64,000 bases of DNA, from NCBI GenBank assembly GCA_030054035.1, contig JASGCS010000004.1, positions 81,076-145,075 on the forward strand. Reading direction: 5' to 3'. The notes below the pieces were generated by a model that saw nothing but the letters and a program-made list of their open reading frames with translations, had not been told where the DNA came from and searched no databases. This DNA comes from Candidatus Methylacidiphilales bacterium (GTDB lineage Bacteria > Pseudomonadota > Gammaproteobacteria > JASGCS01). This document shows positions 18,689 through 30,442 of the stretch, piece by piece (position 1 is the stretch's first letter; each line of letters opens with the position of its first letter). The translations under genes and the position numbers were made by a program.

Positions 18689-20623
18689 ATGCTTCCAGAA
18701 ATTGCTCACTACCTACTGATTTTATCATTAGTAGTTGCCTGTAGAATCTTGTATGTTGCCGTTCTTCCTAGTGCAGTGAGTAGACAAAAACAGATACTGC
18801 AGGTTTGTTGGTTGTTTGGTGGTTGCATAGTTACCAGTTATATTCTTTTAACGATTTCTTTTGTGTTAGATGATTTTTCTATTTTGTACATTACAAATAA
18901 CTCTTCTACCGAACTTAATTTCTGGTATAAGATTTCAGCAGTATGGGGTGCTCATGAAGGATCTTTTTTCTTTTGGATGGTTATCTACACTCTATGGTTT
19001 TTATTAGCCAGTAACACTAGCGCGATTTTTGATCAACCCTGGCGCTATACCATGATAGCGATACTTGCTGGAATTGCAATTGGTTTTATATCATTTATCG
19101 TTTTTAGCTCAAACCCTTTTACAAGAACTTTTACTCCACTAGAACAAGGTTTTGATTTAAATCCCTTACTACAAGATCCTGGCCTAATTTTTCATCCCCC
19201 ACTTTTATATCTTGGATATATAGGAATGTCAGTGCCATATGCATTCTCTCTTGCTATGTTAATTCATGGACTCAAACCTTCCCAAGATCAGTTACAGTGG
19301 CTTCGCAATTGGGTGTTAGGGAGTTTTCTTTTTCTGTCACTCGGTATTGCGCTCGGTAGTTTTTGGGCTTATTATGAATTAGGTTGGGGTGGTTGGTGGT
19401 TTTGGGATCCAGTAGAAAATGCTTCGCTCATGCCTTGGTTGGTTTCAATCGCACTTATCCATGTTCTCGGCATTGCGCTCAAACGCAACATTGCCCATCA
19501 CTGGGTATGTTGGTTAAGTGTACTTGGGTTTTGTTTAAGTGTGCTTGGAACATTTTTGGTGCGCTCAGGAATTATCATCTCTGTGCATAGTTTTGCCAGC
19601 GATCCAACACGAGGAGTGTATATTTTAGCCCTGCTATTTTTACTTTGTGTTCCCGCACTTTTTTTGTTGTTGATTCGAGGACCCATATTGCGTGACAATC
19701 CAGAGTATCGCTTTGAACTGTATTCCAGAGAAACTGCAATGTTTATCGGGGTTATTATTACTCTTACCCTATTGTTTGTCGTAGCATTAGGAACCTTATA
19801 CCCTCTGGTGATAGATTTACTATCTATTGGGAAAATTTCAGTTGGCCCCCCGTATTTTAATAAAGTATTTGTGCCAATTTCACTATTACTATTTTTTATA
19901 ATGGCATTAGCCCCCACCATCCGATGGCAACAAGATGCATTTGCGCGTATTAGAGTACCGATTGCGATTGCTTCAGCATCTGGTATTCTGGCTAGTATTG
20001 CAATATACCTCTACTCAGCTTCCTTAGGTTTTGCAACATTGTGTGGTTTAGGGATTATTACATTAGTGTATAGTGTCCGTGCTATTTTGGACAGAAAAAT
20101 AAGTTCAGGATTAAAACTACTACAATTTTTTTATAATCAGTCTGGTCGATGGTACGCCATGAATATTGCCCATCTAGCCATGGTATTACTTCTTTTTAGC
20201 ATTACAACAGTAAGTATGTGGGGTGATGAAAAAGAACTATGGGTGTCTACTCAAGAACCTATTTCGGTTGGACCCTATACAGTCATTCTTCATTCTATAA
20301 CTAACTCACAGAATCCACAATTCCAATCACAACAAGCAACAGTACATTTAAAAGATTCTTCAGGGCAGCTTATTACTAGTAAAGTAACAGAAAAAAGAAA
20401 TTATTTAATCCGCAATCAACCGACTACGGAAACCGCGATCTTTCCTCTTTGGCATGGTGATATTTTTATTGCACTTGGATCTGTATCTGAACTTGGCGAT
20501 AAAGCACAACTCAGAGTGCAGTGGAAACCAATGATTCGCGGAATATGGATTAGTTTTCTTCTCTTTGCTATTGCTGCGGCACTAGGCATGTTTGCACGAG
20601 TAAAAAAGAAAAATATTTTATGA
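18689..20623 (+). CDS. ccmF: Cytochrome c-type biogenesis protein CcmF
   Basis: 644 aa polytopic membrane protein with a WWD-like motif (GWGGWWFWDPVEN). Typical CcmF size. Confidence 0.9.
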   Translation: MLPEIAHYLLILSLVVACRILYVAVLPSAVSRQKQILQVCWLFGGCIVTSYILLTISFVLDDFSILYITNNSSTELNFWYKISAVWGAHEGSFFFWMVIYTLWFLLASNTSAIFDQPWRYTMIAILAGIAIGFISFIVFSSNPFTRTFTPLEQGFDLNPLLQDPGLIFHPPLLYLGYIGMSVPYAFSLAMLIHGLKPSQDQLQWLRNWVLGSFLFLSLGIALGSFWAYYELGWGGWWFWDPVENASLMPWLVSIALIHVLGIALKRNIAHHWVCWLSVLGFCLSVLGTFLVRSGIIISVHSFASDPTRGVYILALLFLLCVPALFLLLIRGPILRDNPEYRFELYSRETAMFIGVIITLTLLFVVALGTLYPLVIDLLSIGKISVGPPYFNKVFVPISLLLFFIMALAPTIRWQQDAFARIRVPIAIASASGILASIAIYLYSASLGFATLCGLGIITLVYSVRAILDRKISSGLKLLQFFYNQSGRWYAMNIAHLAMVLLLFSITTVSMWGDEKELWVSTQEPISVGPYTVILHSITNSQNPQFQSQQATVHLKDSSGQLITSKVTEKRNYLIRNQPTTETAIFPLWHGDIFIALGSVSELGDKAQLRVQWKPMIRGIWISFLLFAIAAALGMFARVKKKNIL

Positions 20624-21138
20624 AAAAATCTTACTATTTTGCTGGGATGGTAGTGCTAGTTTTATTCACATTACTTATCATTGGTTTATTTAAATCCCCA
20701 TCTTCAATTCCAAGTCCTTTACTTGGCAAACCGTTACCACAAATATCTTTAGAATTACTATTTGAAAAAGAGAAAATTGAGAACACACTTTCTGCTTGCA
20801 CCAAACCCTACTGTTTGGTTACAATTTGGGCAAGTTGGTGTGCGAGTTGTGTTGCGGAGCATGCAGAATTGGTAATACTTTCCAGCCAGCCTACTATAGC
20901 ACTTATCGGCATCACTCATCAAGATACTAGAGATCAAGCACAGGAGTGGATTAATAAACGCGGCAATCCTTATGCAAAATTATTTTTTGATCAGGAAGGT
21001 AACTATGGATTTCTGCTCGGAAGTTATGGTGTCCCTGAAAGTTTTTTACTTGACAAGAATAAAATTGTCCTACATCGCTGGGCTGGACCGGTACATGCCT
21101 CTGAAGTGCTACAATTAATCAATACTAAAACGCTTTGA
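20620..21138 (+). CDS. ccmG: Thiol:disulfide interchange protein CcmG/DsbE
   Basis: Thioredoxin-fold WASWCASC active site, N-terminal TM anchor, 172 aa. Confidence 0.85.
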   Translation: MKKSYYFAGMVVLVLFTLLIIGLFKSPSSIPSPLLGKPLPQISLELLFEKEKIENTLSACTKPYCLVTIWASWCASCVAEHAELVILSSQPTIALIGITHQDTRDQAQEWINKRGNPYAKLFFDQEGNYGFLLGSYGVPESFLLDKNKIVLHRWAGPVHASEVLQLINTKTL

Positions 21139-21491
21139 TGAAATTACTTTTCATTATAATCGTAAACATACTTGCATCTTTGGTTGCCCATAGCGAAGAT
21201 GAGACCCCACCTGAGTATTATTCTGTAGTGCATAATTTCAGATGTTTGGTATGTCAAAATCAAAGCATTGCTGAATCTGATGCGCCATTAGCTGTGCAAA
21301 TGCGCAATGAAATTAAAGTAATGCTACAGCAAGGGGCAAGTCAGTCAGAAATTAAAACAAAGCTTTCTAATCAATTTGGTGAGTACATATTGTATGATCC
21401 AGTTATATCAAAACACACGATGGTTTTATGGTTCTCCCCATTGCTGATACTACTGATTTCGATTTATTTTTTACTAAGAAAAAAAAGATGA
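21135..21491 (+). CDS. ccmH: Cytochrome c-type biogenesis protein CcmH
   Basis: Signal peptide plus the RCLVCQNQS (LRCxxC) motif and a C-terminal TM. Confidence 0.8.
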   Translation: MMKLLFIIIVNILASLVAHSEDETPPEYYSVVHNFRCLVCQNQSIAESDAPLAVQMRNEIKVMLQQGASQSEIKTKLSNQFGEYILYDPVISKHTMVLWFSPLLILLISIYFLLRKKR

Positions 21492-22423
21492 AAAATAAAA
21501 TAATCTGGTTAAGTTGGGCCGTGCTATTACCTATAGCACTCTACGGTTTAGTTGGAAACCCCTATTATATTTTCTATCACCAAGTCCCTTCAACCCAAGA
21601 AGAAATTAAACAAAATATCACCGTCCTAAGTTCTATGGTTGCTAAAAACGAAGAAGAGTGGTTTGTCTTGGCTCTTCAGCAACAGGCCATAGGAGATTAC
21701 TCACAAGCGTTATTATCTTGGCAGGCTGGGTTCGCCTTTGGAAAAGAAAAAGACGAAACTTTCTCTGCCCCACTTTTTGCTCAAATCGGATATTTGGAGA
21801 GCAAAATATTTAATGATACTTTTTTTACAGATCAGAGTAAAAAATCTCTAGATGCGCTCCTTGAGATTGATGCAAACAACCCTCGCCTGTGGCTTCTTGC
21901 ATCTAGACGGTATCAAGAAGAAGGTGATTATTTAGGTGCCAGAACTTTTGCACTTAAATTAGTTCCCGTAACTAGTGGAACAGAGCGCGAGAGCTTGTTA
22001 GGTTATATTCAAGCTTTAGATGATAAAATTCCAACCCCACAAAAACTTAATACCTTATTGCAAACAATTAAGCAGCTAGAATTCACTCTAAGCGTAACCG
22101 TTAATCAAGCTCTTAGTAATGCATTTAATTCAAATGCTTCAGTATTCGTCTCAGTGGTTCCTGCTGGGTCTACCAACCCAACCATGCCTTTGGCGGCAAG
22201 AAGATTGAAGATTGCCGATCTTACTACGCCAATTAAAATTGGGCCGAGAGATGCTATAGCAGGACAATTGTTACAAAAAGGCACTCCAGTGGTCATTAAA
22301 ATTTTAGTATCACACCAAGGCGGGGTTACTAAAATGAAGGGTGATTTATATGGTGAACAAAACGCAATAATTGGTAAGAGTGACAAGAATATAAATATTT
22401 CTATTTATCCTGTTATAAAATAG
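21488..22423 (+). CDS. ccmI: Cytochrome c-type biogenesis protein CcmI-like (TPR-containing)
   Basis: ATG at 21488 overlaps the ccmH stop (ATGA). N-terminal TM followed by a TPR-like region, in the ccmI position. The C-terminal third is atypical. Confidence 0.5.
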   Translation: MKNKIIWLSWAVLLPIALYGLVGNPYYIFYHQVPSTQEEIKQNITVLSSMVAKNEEEWFVLALQQQAIGDYSQALLSWQAGFAFGKEKDETFSAPLFAQIGYLESKIFNDTFFTDQSKKSLDALLEIDANNPRLWLLASRRYQEEGDYLGARTFALKLVPVTSGTERESLLGYIQALDDKIPTPQKLNTLLQTIKQLEFTLSVTVNQALSNAFNSNASVFVSVVPAGSTNPTMPLAARRLKIADLTTPIKIGPRDAIAGQLLQKGTPVVIKILVSHQGGVTKMKGDLYGEQNAIIGKSDKNINISIYPVIK

Positions 22424-22427
22424 TATT

Positions 22428-23426
22428 ATGGGTATAAGAAAATCTGGTTTTGATGTAACTGGTATTCTTCTCGTCAGAGACAGTGCCATAATTGAAAATG
22501 CTGTGGTTGAATTGTATAAAGAATCATTCTCAAATGCCCCATGTCAAATAATTAGGGACGCCTTTGACTTGTTTAATCAATCCTATGCAGGGTTACTTAA
22601 AGAGTTTATGCCTTGTGACATGCTGTACCATGATGAAGAGCATGTCTTAGAAGTTACACTCGCTACTGCACGGTTGATTTATGGATTGCAAAAAACCTCT
22701 AAACCATTTAATCAATATATCCATAAACTAGACAAGAACTTAGCGATAGTTGCGATAGTGATTGCGCTCTTTCATGATTCAGGATACCTAAAAAATCGTC
22801 ATAATGAAACTGAAGTTATCAATGGATCGGTGTTTACAAAGACTCATGTGAGCAGAAGTTCAGATATGCTGTTTTCGGTAATGGCAAAATTAGGTCTAAA
22901 ACAATATACCAGAATCGCAACAGAAGCAGTGCATTATACTGGCTACGAAAAAAAAATAAAAAGCCTAGATTTGCAAAATGATATTGAGCGGATTGTTGGT
23001 TGTTTGGTCGGTACTGCAGATTATATTGGTCAAATGTCAGATAGGAGATATTTAGAAAAATGTTACTCTAGACTATATCCTGAGTTAGTTTTGGGTAAGG
23101 CTGATCAATACTTCTGTGATGTTACTAATCAAGTTAAAACATTGTACAAGAATCGTACGGATCTAATCACAAAATCAAATAATTTTTATAAAAATGTCGT
23201 TAGACCAAAATTAGAATTTGATTTCCATAGTGTGTATCATCTTGCCGATGCGATATTTCCAGAATACGGTGTCAATCTTTATATGTGGTGGATGGAGAAC
23301 AACCAAAGAGAGCTAGTAAATATACTCTCAAATCAACTTGAGATTAAAAAATTATTAAGAAGAAAATTGATTGAAAATAGAGGGGTAAAAGTTTTCCCCT
23401 ATCATCTTATCCCTGAGGAACTTTAA
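22428..23426 (+). CDS. Hypothetical protein with probable HD-type metal-dependent phosphohydrolase motifs
   Basis: 332 aa with H...HD spacing (YHDEEH ... ALFHDSGY ... GTADYIGQ). No signal peptide. It is directly appended to the ccm operon. Confidence 0.4.
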   Translation: MGIRKSGFDVTGILLVRDSAIIENAVVELYKESFSNAPCQIIRDAFDLFNQSYAGLLKEFMPCDMLYHDEEHVLEVTLATARLIYGLQKTSKPFNQYIHKLDKNLAIVAIVIALFHDSGYLKNRHNETEVINGSVFTKTHVSRSSDMLFSVMAKLGLKQYTRIATEAVHYTGYEKKIKSLDLQNDIERIVGCLVGTADYIGQMSDRRYLEKCYSRLYPELVLGKADQYFCDVTNQVKTLYKNRTDLITKSNNFYKNVVRPKLEFDFHSVYHLADAIFPEYGVNLYMWWMENNQRELVNILSNQLEIKKLLRRKLIENRGVKVFPYHLIPEEL

Positions 23427-23429
23427 ACC

Positions 23430-24929
23430 TCAATGTCTAAAATGACGACGCGATGCGTAGAGTTGTAGAATGCCATACGTACGGCACGCTTCACTAACCT
23501 CAGCATCTCGAATTGAACCTTTAGGTTGAATAACAATTTTAATTGCGGAATGTTTTGCAATTAACTCAATACTATCAGCAAATGGAAAAAAACCATCTGA
23601 GGCAAGCACCACTTCTGATGTGACCGAGGGGTGGCTAAGAAAACGTAATAGTGCTTGTTCTGTAGCCCGAACTCTGCTGGTAAAACCGCAACTAATTGCG
23701 ATGGTCTGTAAATTAGAAACGATGACAATTGCATTTGATTTGGCGATAGTTGCCACTGACCAAGCAAGCTCACAGTTTAATTTGTTTACCTGTGATATAT
23801 CAGCAGGAAATTGTATTTCACTTGATGTAATGCTGTCATTGGGTTGGAGCAAATACCCGCCGGCAACAGTACGAATATCTTGCCTTGCTATTTGATAGTG
23901 AGGTATAGACACAACTCTAATAGATGGTTTTTGTTTAAAAATTGCCAATGATTGCTCGTCTACACTCGGTGCGATAACAACTTCACAGAATTGAGTAGTG
24001 ACTATTTCTTGTGCGGTATCTGCGTCTAATGGTTTGTTAAAGCAAATAATGCCACCAAAAGCAGATTCTGGATCAGAACGGTAGGCTAATTGGTAACTTT
24101 CCTTATTAGTAGGAGCGTAGGCTACGCCACATGGATTGCCATGTTTGATAATCGAGCACGCAGATGTTAACGCAGAGAGGGAATACACTAAGGCGCATCC
24201 AGAATCTATATCTAAATAATTATTATATGAAAGTTGTTTACCTTGATGAAACGTTGCCAGTGCAATACCCTGAGCAGGGACGCTAGGAATAAAGTAGGCT
24301 GGAAGTTGATGGGGGTTTTCTCCGTAGCGTAAACAATTAGATTGCTTATCAATACGACTAAAAAACTTTGCGATGGCTAGGTCATACTGCATGATGAGTT
24401 GAGCGGCTTTAGTTGCAAAATGCAGTCGCATTGTCTCCGTAAAAGAATCCTGACCTTCTATTAGATATGAGATAAATAAATCATAATCAGCTGGGTCGGT
24501 TAATGCTATAACATGCTTATAATTTTTGATCGCAGATCGAATCATAGCAGGCCCACCAATATCCATATAATCAAGCACCTCTTCAGTAGAAGCGGCTGGG
24601 TTTTTTTCTAAAAACTCCTCAAATGGATAGAGATTGATAACGGCAAGTGAAAATTCAGGGATGTTAAATTGTTGTAACGTTTGATCATCTTCTGGTGTGC
24701 GACGAGTGAGTAAGCCCCCATGAATTATTGGATGTAGGGTTTTGACTCTGCCTTGTAAAATCTCTGGAAATTTAGTGATGGCAGAGATAGCAGTGCAGGG
24801 AACTGCATGGTTTTGTAAATATGATTCTGTACTAGATGTTGCGTAAAGATGCCATCCTAATTCAATGAGTTTTTTTGCAAGGGGTATAATTCCCCGTTTG
24901 TCCGTGATACTCAAGAGTGCGTTTTTCAT
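23430..24929 (-). CDS. purH: Bifunctional AICAR transformylase / IMP cyclohydrolase
   Basis: N-terminal MGS-like domain ALLSITDKRGII and C-terminal RHFRH. 499 aa. Confidence 0.9.
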   Translation of the reverse strand: MKNALLSITDKRGIIPLAKKLIELGWHLYATSSTESYLQNHAVPCTAISAITKFPEILQGRVKTLHPIIHGGLLTRRTPEDDQTLQQFNIPEFSLAVINLYPFEEFLEKNPAASTEEVLDYMDIGGPAMIRSAIKNYKHVIALTDPADYDLFISYLIEGQDSFTETMRLHFATKAAQLIMQYDLAIAKFFSRIDKQSNCLRYGENPHQLPAYFIPSVPAQGIALATFHQGKQLSYNNYLDIDSGCALVYSLSALTSACSIIKHGNPCGVAYAPTNKESYQLAYRSDPESAFGGIICFNKPLDADTAQEIVTTQFCEVVIAPSVDEQSLAIFKQKPSIRVVSIPHYQIARQDIRTVAGGYLLQPNDSITSSEIQFPADISQVNKLNCELAWSVATIAKSNAIVIVSNLQTIAISCGFTSRVRATEQALLRFLSHPSVTSEVVLASDGFFPFADSIELIAKHSAIKIVIQPKGSIRDAEVSEACRTYGILQLYASRRHFRH

Positions 24930-25609
24930 AGAAGCTCTATGGTTAATTCATTGACTCGGTTGGAGGGCTTGGCGAAAGTGAAAACCACATCGCGTATTTC
25001 TTGAGGTTCTATCACTGTCTTAGTGTTGGTCTGGGACGAAATATAGCTACTCTGTTCAAATATGCCTGTTGCGACTTTTTGACCGATAAGATTTCCAAGT
25101 GATATCTTAATCGTTGGCATAGGTTGAGGTAAACGTGCATGGTTTATTAATCGCATGGTCACTTGTAAATAGGATTCAGAAGCAGTTGATTCTGGTAATG
25201 TTATTTCTTGAGCAATAATTTCTAATTGTTCAATATTTTTTTGGTATTGTACCTGACAGGAAAATATCTGACAAAAGGAAAGCGCAATCGATCGGCTCGT
25301 TTCATTGGTTAGTAAGAATTTTTTATTAAGATAGAGAAGTTGAGCTGCTAAAAGTAAACTTAAGCCTACCACGACTACCATATACCAGACGGTAGACTCA
25401 ATGGGTTGCAGTGCCAGCCGCTTAGCTTGGGTGATAATTTCATGAGCTTGTGAGTTATTTGTTTTGCGTTGTTCAGTAAAAGAAACCTTTTCAAGTGGAG
25501 CGTCAAATATAGTTTCACACTCACCACAACGCACCATACCTTTTGCTTTTCTAATATCGCTTCGGCTTGCTTCAAAAATAGTATCACAGTTAGGGCATTT
25601 TGTGTACAT
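24926..25609 (-). CDS. Zinc-ribbon (MJ0042-type) membrane protein, DUF3426-like
   Basis: N-terminal double CxxC (CPNCDTIF...RCGECETIF), one TM ([21 protein letters not shown]), and a periplasmic C-terminal domain. Confidence 0.55.
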   Translation of the reverse strand: MYTKCPNCDTIFEASRSDIRKAKGMVRCGECETIFDAPLEKVSFTEQRKTNNSQAHEIITQAKRLALQPIESTVWYMVVVVGLSLLLAAQLLYLNKKFLLTNETSRSIALSFCQIFSCQVQYQKNIEQLEIIAQEITLPESTASESYLQVTMRLINHARLPQPMPTIKISLGNLIGQKVATGIFEQSSYISSQTNTKTVIEPQEIRDVVFTFAKPSNRVNELTIELL

Positions 25610-26039
25610 GATATGAAATAAATGCTTCTAGAGCTAGTAGATAACTTCCCATTCCAAATCCTGTAATAACACCCCAAGCCTTGTCTGCAAGCAGTGAAGT
25701 GTGTCTAAAGGATTCTCGTGAATAAATATTAGAGAGGTGTACCTCAATAAATGGTATTTGTACTGCAAGTAATGCGTCACGAATTGCTATACTGGTATGG
25801 GTCAGCGCCGCTGCGTTGATAATAATCCCATCAATATTGTTATGTAGAGCGGAGTGGATAGACTCGATCAGTTCTTGCTCACTGTTTGATTGTTTACAAA
25901 TTAATTGTATTGAATGTGTTTTTGCATGAGCATGTAATTTTTGTTCAATATCTTGTAGGGTAGCGGTGCCATATTGCCCGGTCTCGCGGATACCTAACAA
26001 CGATAAATTGGGGCCATTAAGAACTAAGATTTTCTTCAT
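25590..26039 (-). CDS. aroQ: Type II 3-dehydroquinate dehydratase
   Basis: 149 aa, [16 protein letters not shown]...[17 protein letters not shown], classic AroQ. Confidence 0.88.
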   Translation of the reverse strand: MKKILVLNGPNLSLLGIRETGQYGTATLQDIEQKLHAHAKTHSIQLICKQSNSEQELIESIHSALHNNIDGIIINAAALTHTSIAIRDALLAVQIPFIEVHLSNIYSRESFRHTSLLADKAWGVITGFGMGSYLLALEAFISYHVHKMP

Positions 26040-26547
26040 GGATGAGATCAGTTATTTTGGAAAGAGAAACTTCTCCATATTGAGTGTAAATTATCTCTCG
26101 ATTTTTATTTAATAATACAGAGTATGGAATGGCTTCTTTGGAATTGCCAAGTGAAGCCATTATATTGAAGACCTCTTGATCGCTTATCAGCGTTAATAAT
26201 GTGTTATTGATTGCCTTCATAAAAAATGTTGAGCGTTCTAGCGAGTCAAGTGAAATAGCAACTATTTTTAATACATTACGGTGCTTGTTTTGAAATGTAT
26301 TTAGGTCGGGCAACTCTCTTTTACAGGGCTCACACCATGTCGCCCAAAAATTTAAAAGAAGATACTCTTCTGAAAAAGAAAGTAAAGATACTGGTGTTCC
26401 TTCAAGATTATTGTAGGTTACATCCATGAGCTTTTTACCTAGGACTTTTTCATCAGGATTATTATTGTGTGGTTGATGTAACCAGGACAGAATTATTCCT
26501 AAACTCAAACTAAATACAGCTATGGAAATGAAAAATATTTTTTTCAT
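26017..26547 (-). CDS. TlpA/ResA-family periplasmic thiol:disulfide oxidoreductase
   Basis: Signal/TM anchor plus [13 protein letters not shown] thioredoxin motif. Sits directly downstream of dsbD. Confidence 0.7.
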   Translation of the reverse strand: MKKIFFISIAVFSLSLGIILSWLHQPHNNNPDEKVLGKKLMDVTYNNLEGTPVSLLSFSEEYLLLNFWATWCEPCKRELPDLNTFQNKHRNVLKIVAISLDSLERSTFFMKAINNTLLTLISDQEVFNIMASLGNSKEAIPYSVLLNKNREIIYTQYGEVSLSKITDLIHEENLSS

Positions 26548-28313
26548 GGTAGTGTGGAAAGAAATTGAAACAACGCTTGTTTAGAAAAACTTCCAACTAG
26601 GCTTGGGGATTGTTTCAGTGATGGAAGTTGCGACGATGCTGTGATTGATTGATTGCTGAGAAATAAAACTACTGGTGGGCCTACGATACCCTGGGAGATT
26701 AAATATTGTTGGGTTGTTTCATGATAATTAGTAACATCAAGTCCGATTGTTGCAAAGGAAGCAAAGGAATTTTTTACTGCTTCATCTGAATACACATGTC
26801 GTTCTAGTTCTTTACAACTTGCACACCATTGTGCGTGAACAAAAACTAGTATACCTCTAGAAGTATCTTTCTTTTGATTTACCAGTTGTTGCAACTCTTC
26901 AATGGTCGTAGCCTGAGGAAGTGAATTGTAAAAAGAAGTTGATGTAGCGTTCGTTAGATGTGATGAGGTATTTGAAGGGGTTTGAAATTGATTAATTGAT
27001 AAAACGGTTACTCCTATCACTACGATCGTCGCAATAACGCGTACCCCAAGAGCTATGCTATGTTGTTGATGGTTGCTGTATCTAATAAGTAAATGCATCG
27101 CATACCCAATTGCCACTACTCCATATAAAATTAAACTTAGCCATGAAGGTGAGAATCTTCCTAACAATGAAACAGATAATCCAAGTAATAATACGCCAAT
27201 GGCAATTCTAATTTCATCTAACCATGCTCCGCTTTTAGGTAATAGAAACCCAAATCCAAAACTAAATAAAATTAACGGAATTGACATACCTATCGCTAAC
27301 ACAAACAGTGAGATGGCTCCGTAGCTCACATCCCCTTTTTCAGCAATATAAAGTATTGCTGAAAGCATTGGCGGAGTGATACAAGGACTTAATATTAAAG
27401 CACTCAACCCACCAATTACAAATGAGAATAAAATTCTTTGGTATGCTGAATTAAAACTTGTCTGCAAAAGAGAATTTATTTTTGAGTTTTGAGGTAATTT
27501 TATTTCAATGAGATTAAACATTGCAAGCGCAAAAAATCCAACAAAAATTGCACCAAAAAGTAAAAATTGCCATTGTTGAAAATAGTTTGTTAGGGATTTA
27601 CCGAGGAGAGCCGATAGTACCCCTAGTAGTGAAAACATCACAGCCACACCTAACACATAGAATATTACAGTTAGTACACGAGAACTTCGATTAGCGAGCT
27701 TTGCAGTTAGCATACTAGCTAAAACGGGCACCATTGGGTACACACATGGCGTTACTCCAAGTAGTAGTCCAGCTAATAAAAATAATAGAATCGTTGTCAG
27801 TAATGAGTCACTTACAGCAATTTTTTTTGCAAACAGATTAGTTTGATCTGAAGCTGAATCTTTGGAAAGAGTGACTGAAATAAGCTCCTTAACGGGTTGG
27901 TAGCAGATTCCAGTTTTTTCATCACAACCTTGAAAACTCACCTCTATGTCACCGTTACCACTTCCATGCAATGAAGCGGTGGCTATCAAAGAATCATGGA
28001 ATACTTCGACTGTACCAAAGTTTGGGTCATTTTTAATTTCTCCTTTTGGTAGGTTTAATTCATCTACAGTTATAGTGGGGTTTAGGGAAGTCAGCTTAAT
28101 ACGATCTTTGTACAAGTAACAATTAGGTGCGATATCCCATTTTAAAGTGATTTTTTCAGAAGTGGTTTGGTGTGAAAATTTAAATGCTTCACGAGCTGGG
28201 AGAGGGGTATTTTCGAATGAATTTGCTACTGTGTTTAATGAAAAACTCGTAAAAATTAAAAATACATCTAAAAGTAGTAGAATTCTCATTAATAATATGA
28301 TTATAGCATACAT
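26544..28313 (-). CDS. dsbD: Thiol:disulfide interchange protein DsbD
   Basis: 589 aa with an N-terminal periplasmic domain, a central 8-TM domain with paired cysteines (TPCVYPMV), and a C-terminal thioredoxin domain AQWCASCKELE. Confidence 0.85.
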   Translation of the reverse strand: MYAIIILLMRILLLLDVFLIFTSFSLNTVANSFENTPLPAREAFKFSHQTTSEKITLKWDIAPNCYLYKDRIKLTSLNPTITVDELNLPKGEIKNDPNFGTVEVFHDSLIATASLHGSGNGDIEVSFQGCDEKTGICYQPVKELISVTLSKDSASDQTNLFAKKIAVSDSLLTTILLFLLAGLLLGVTPCVYPMVPVLASMLTAKLANRSSRVLTVIFYVLGVAVMFSLLGVLSALLGKSLTNYFQQWQFLLFGAIFVGFFALAMFNLIEIKLPQNSKINSLLQTSFNSAYQRILFSFVIGGLSALILSPCITPPMLSAILYIAEKGDVSYGAISLFVLAIGMSIPLILFSFGFGFLLPKSGAWLDEIRIAIGVLLLGLSVSLLGRFSPSWLSLILYGVVAIGYAMHLLIRYSNHQQHSIALGVRVIATIVVIGVTVLSINQFQTPSNTSSHLTNATSTSFYNSLPQATTIEELQQLVNQKKDTSRGILVFVHAQWCASCKELERHVYSDEAVKNSFASFATIGLDVTNYHETTQQYLISQGIVGPPVVLFLSNQSITASSQLPSLKQSPSLVGSFSKQALFQFLSTLP

Positions 28314-28328
28314 GCATAATCAGCATAC

Positions 28329-28358
28329 CTTGAAAAAATACATTATGCCCCCACAATA
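28329..28358 (+). promoter_or_regulatory. Sigma-32 (RpoH) heat-shock promoter for groES-groEL
   Basis: cTTGAAA at 28329-28335, a 12-nt spacer, then CCCCCACAAT at 28348-28357, against the consensus TTGAAA-N13-14-CCCCATNT. No CIRCE inverted repeat is present. Confidence 0.45.
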
Positions 28359-28404
28359 ATGGTATATAAACAAAACAAAAAACTAATGATAGGAGAAAAT
28401 TGTT

Positions 28405-28698
28405 ATGACACTTAAAGTTAGACCATTGCATGACCGTGTGCTGGTCAAAAGACTAGAAGAAGAGCTTAAGAGTCCGGGTGGTATCGTTATCCCAGATTCG
28501 GCAGCTGAAAAGCCAATCCGAGGTGAAGTACTTGCCGCTGGTAAAGGTAAGATACTTGAAAATGGTACTGTTCGTCCGCTTGATGTAAAAGTAGGAGACA
28601 AAATACTGTTTAATAAGTATTCAGGAACAGAAGTAAAAATAGATGGCGTTGAGTATCTCATTATGAGAGAAGACGACATAAGTGCAATAATTGAATAA
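28405..28698 (+). CDS. groS: Co-chaperonin GroES
   Basis: 97 aa, [20 protein letters not shown]..., with a GGAG RBS 8 nt upstream. Confidence 0.95.
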   Translation: MTLKVRPLHDRVLVKRLEEELKSPGGIVIPDSAAEKPIRGEVLAAGKGKILENGTVRPLDVKVGDKILFNKYSGTEVKIDGVEYLIMREDDISAIIE

Positions 28699-28705
28699 GG
28701 GGTGA

Positions 28706-30376
<1,671 letters not shown>

Positions 30377-30403
30377 TCGTTGTCTGCTGTTTGATTTTCT
30401 CAA

Positions 30404-30436
30404 CATGAGCCTCAGTAAGAGGCTCATGTTGTTTTT
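30404..30436. terminator. Rho-independent terminator shared by convergent groEL and the ABC ATPase gene
   Basis: Perfect 10-bp stem CATGAGCCTC / GAGGCTCATG with a 5-nt loop, followed by TTGTTTTT. Confidence 0.7.
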
Positions 30437-30442
30437 AGAGGC

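Noticed and set aside
28314-28404. Looked for a CIRCE/HrcA operator (TTAGCACTC-N9-GAGTGCTAA) upstream of groES.
   Set aside because: No such inverted repeat is present. The region instead fits a sigma-32 promoter, as expected for gammaproteobacteria.
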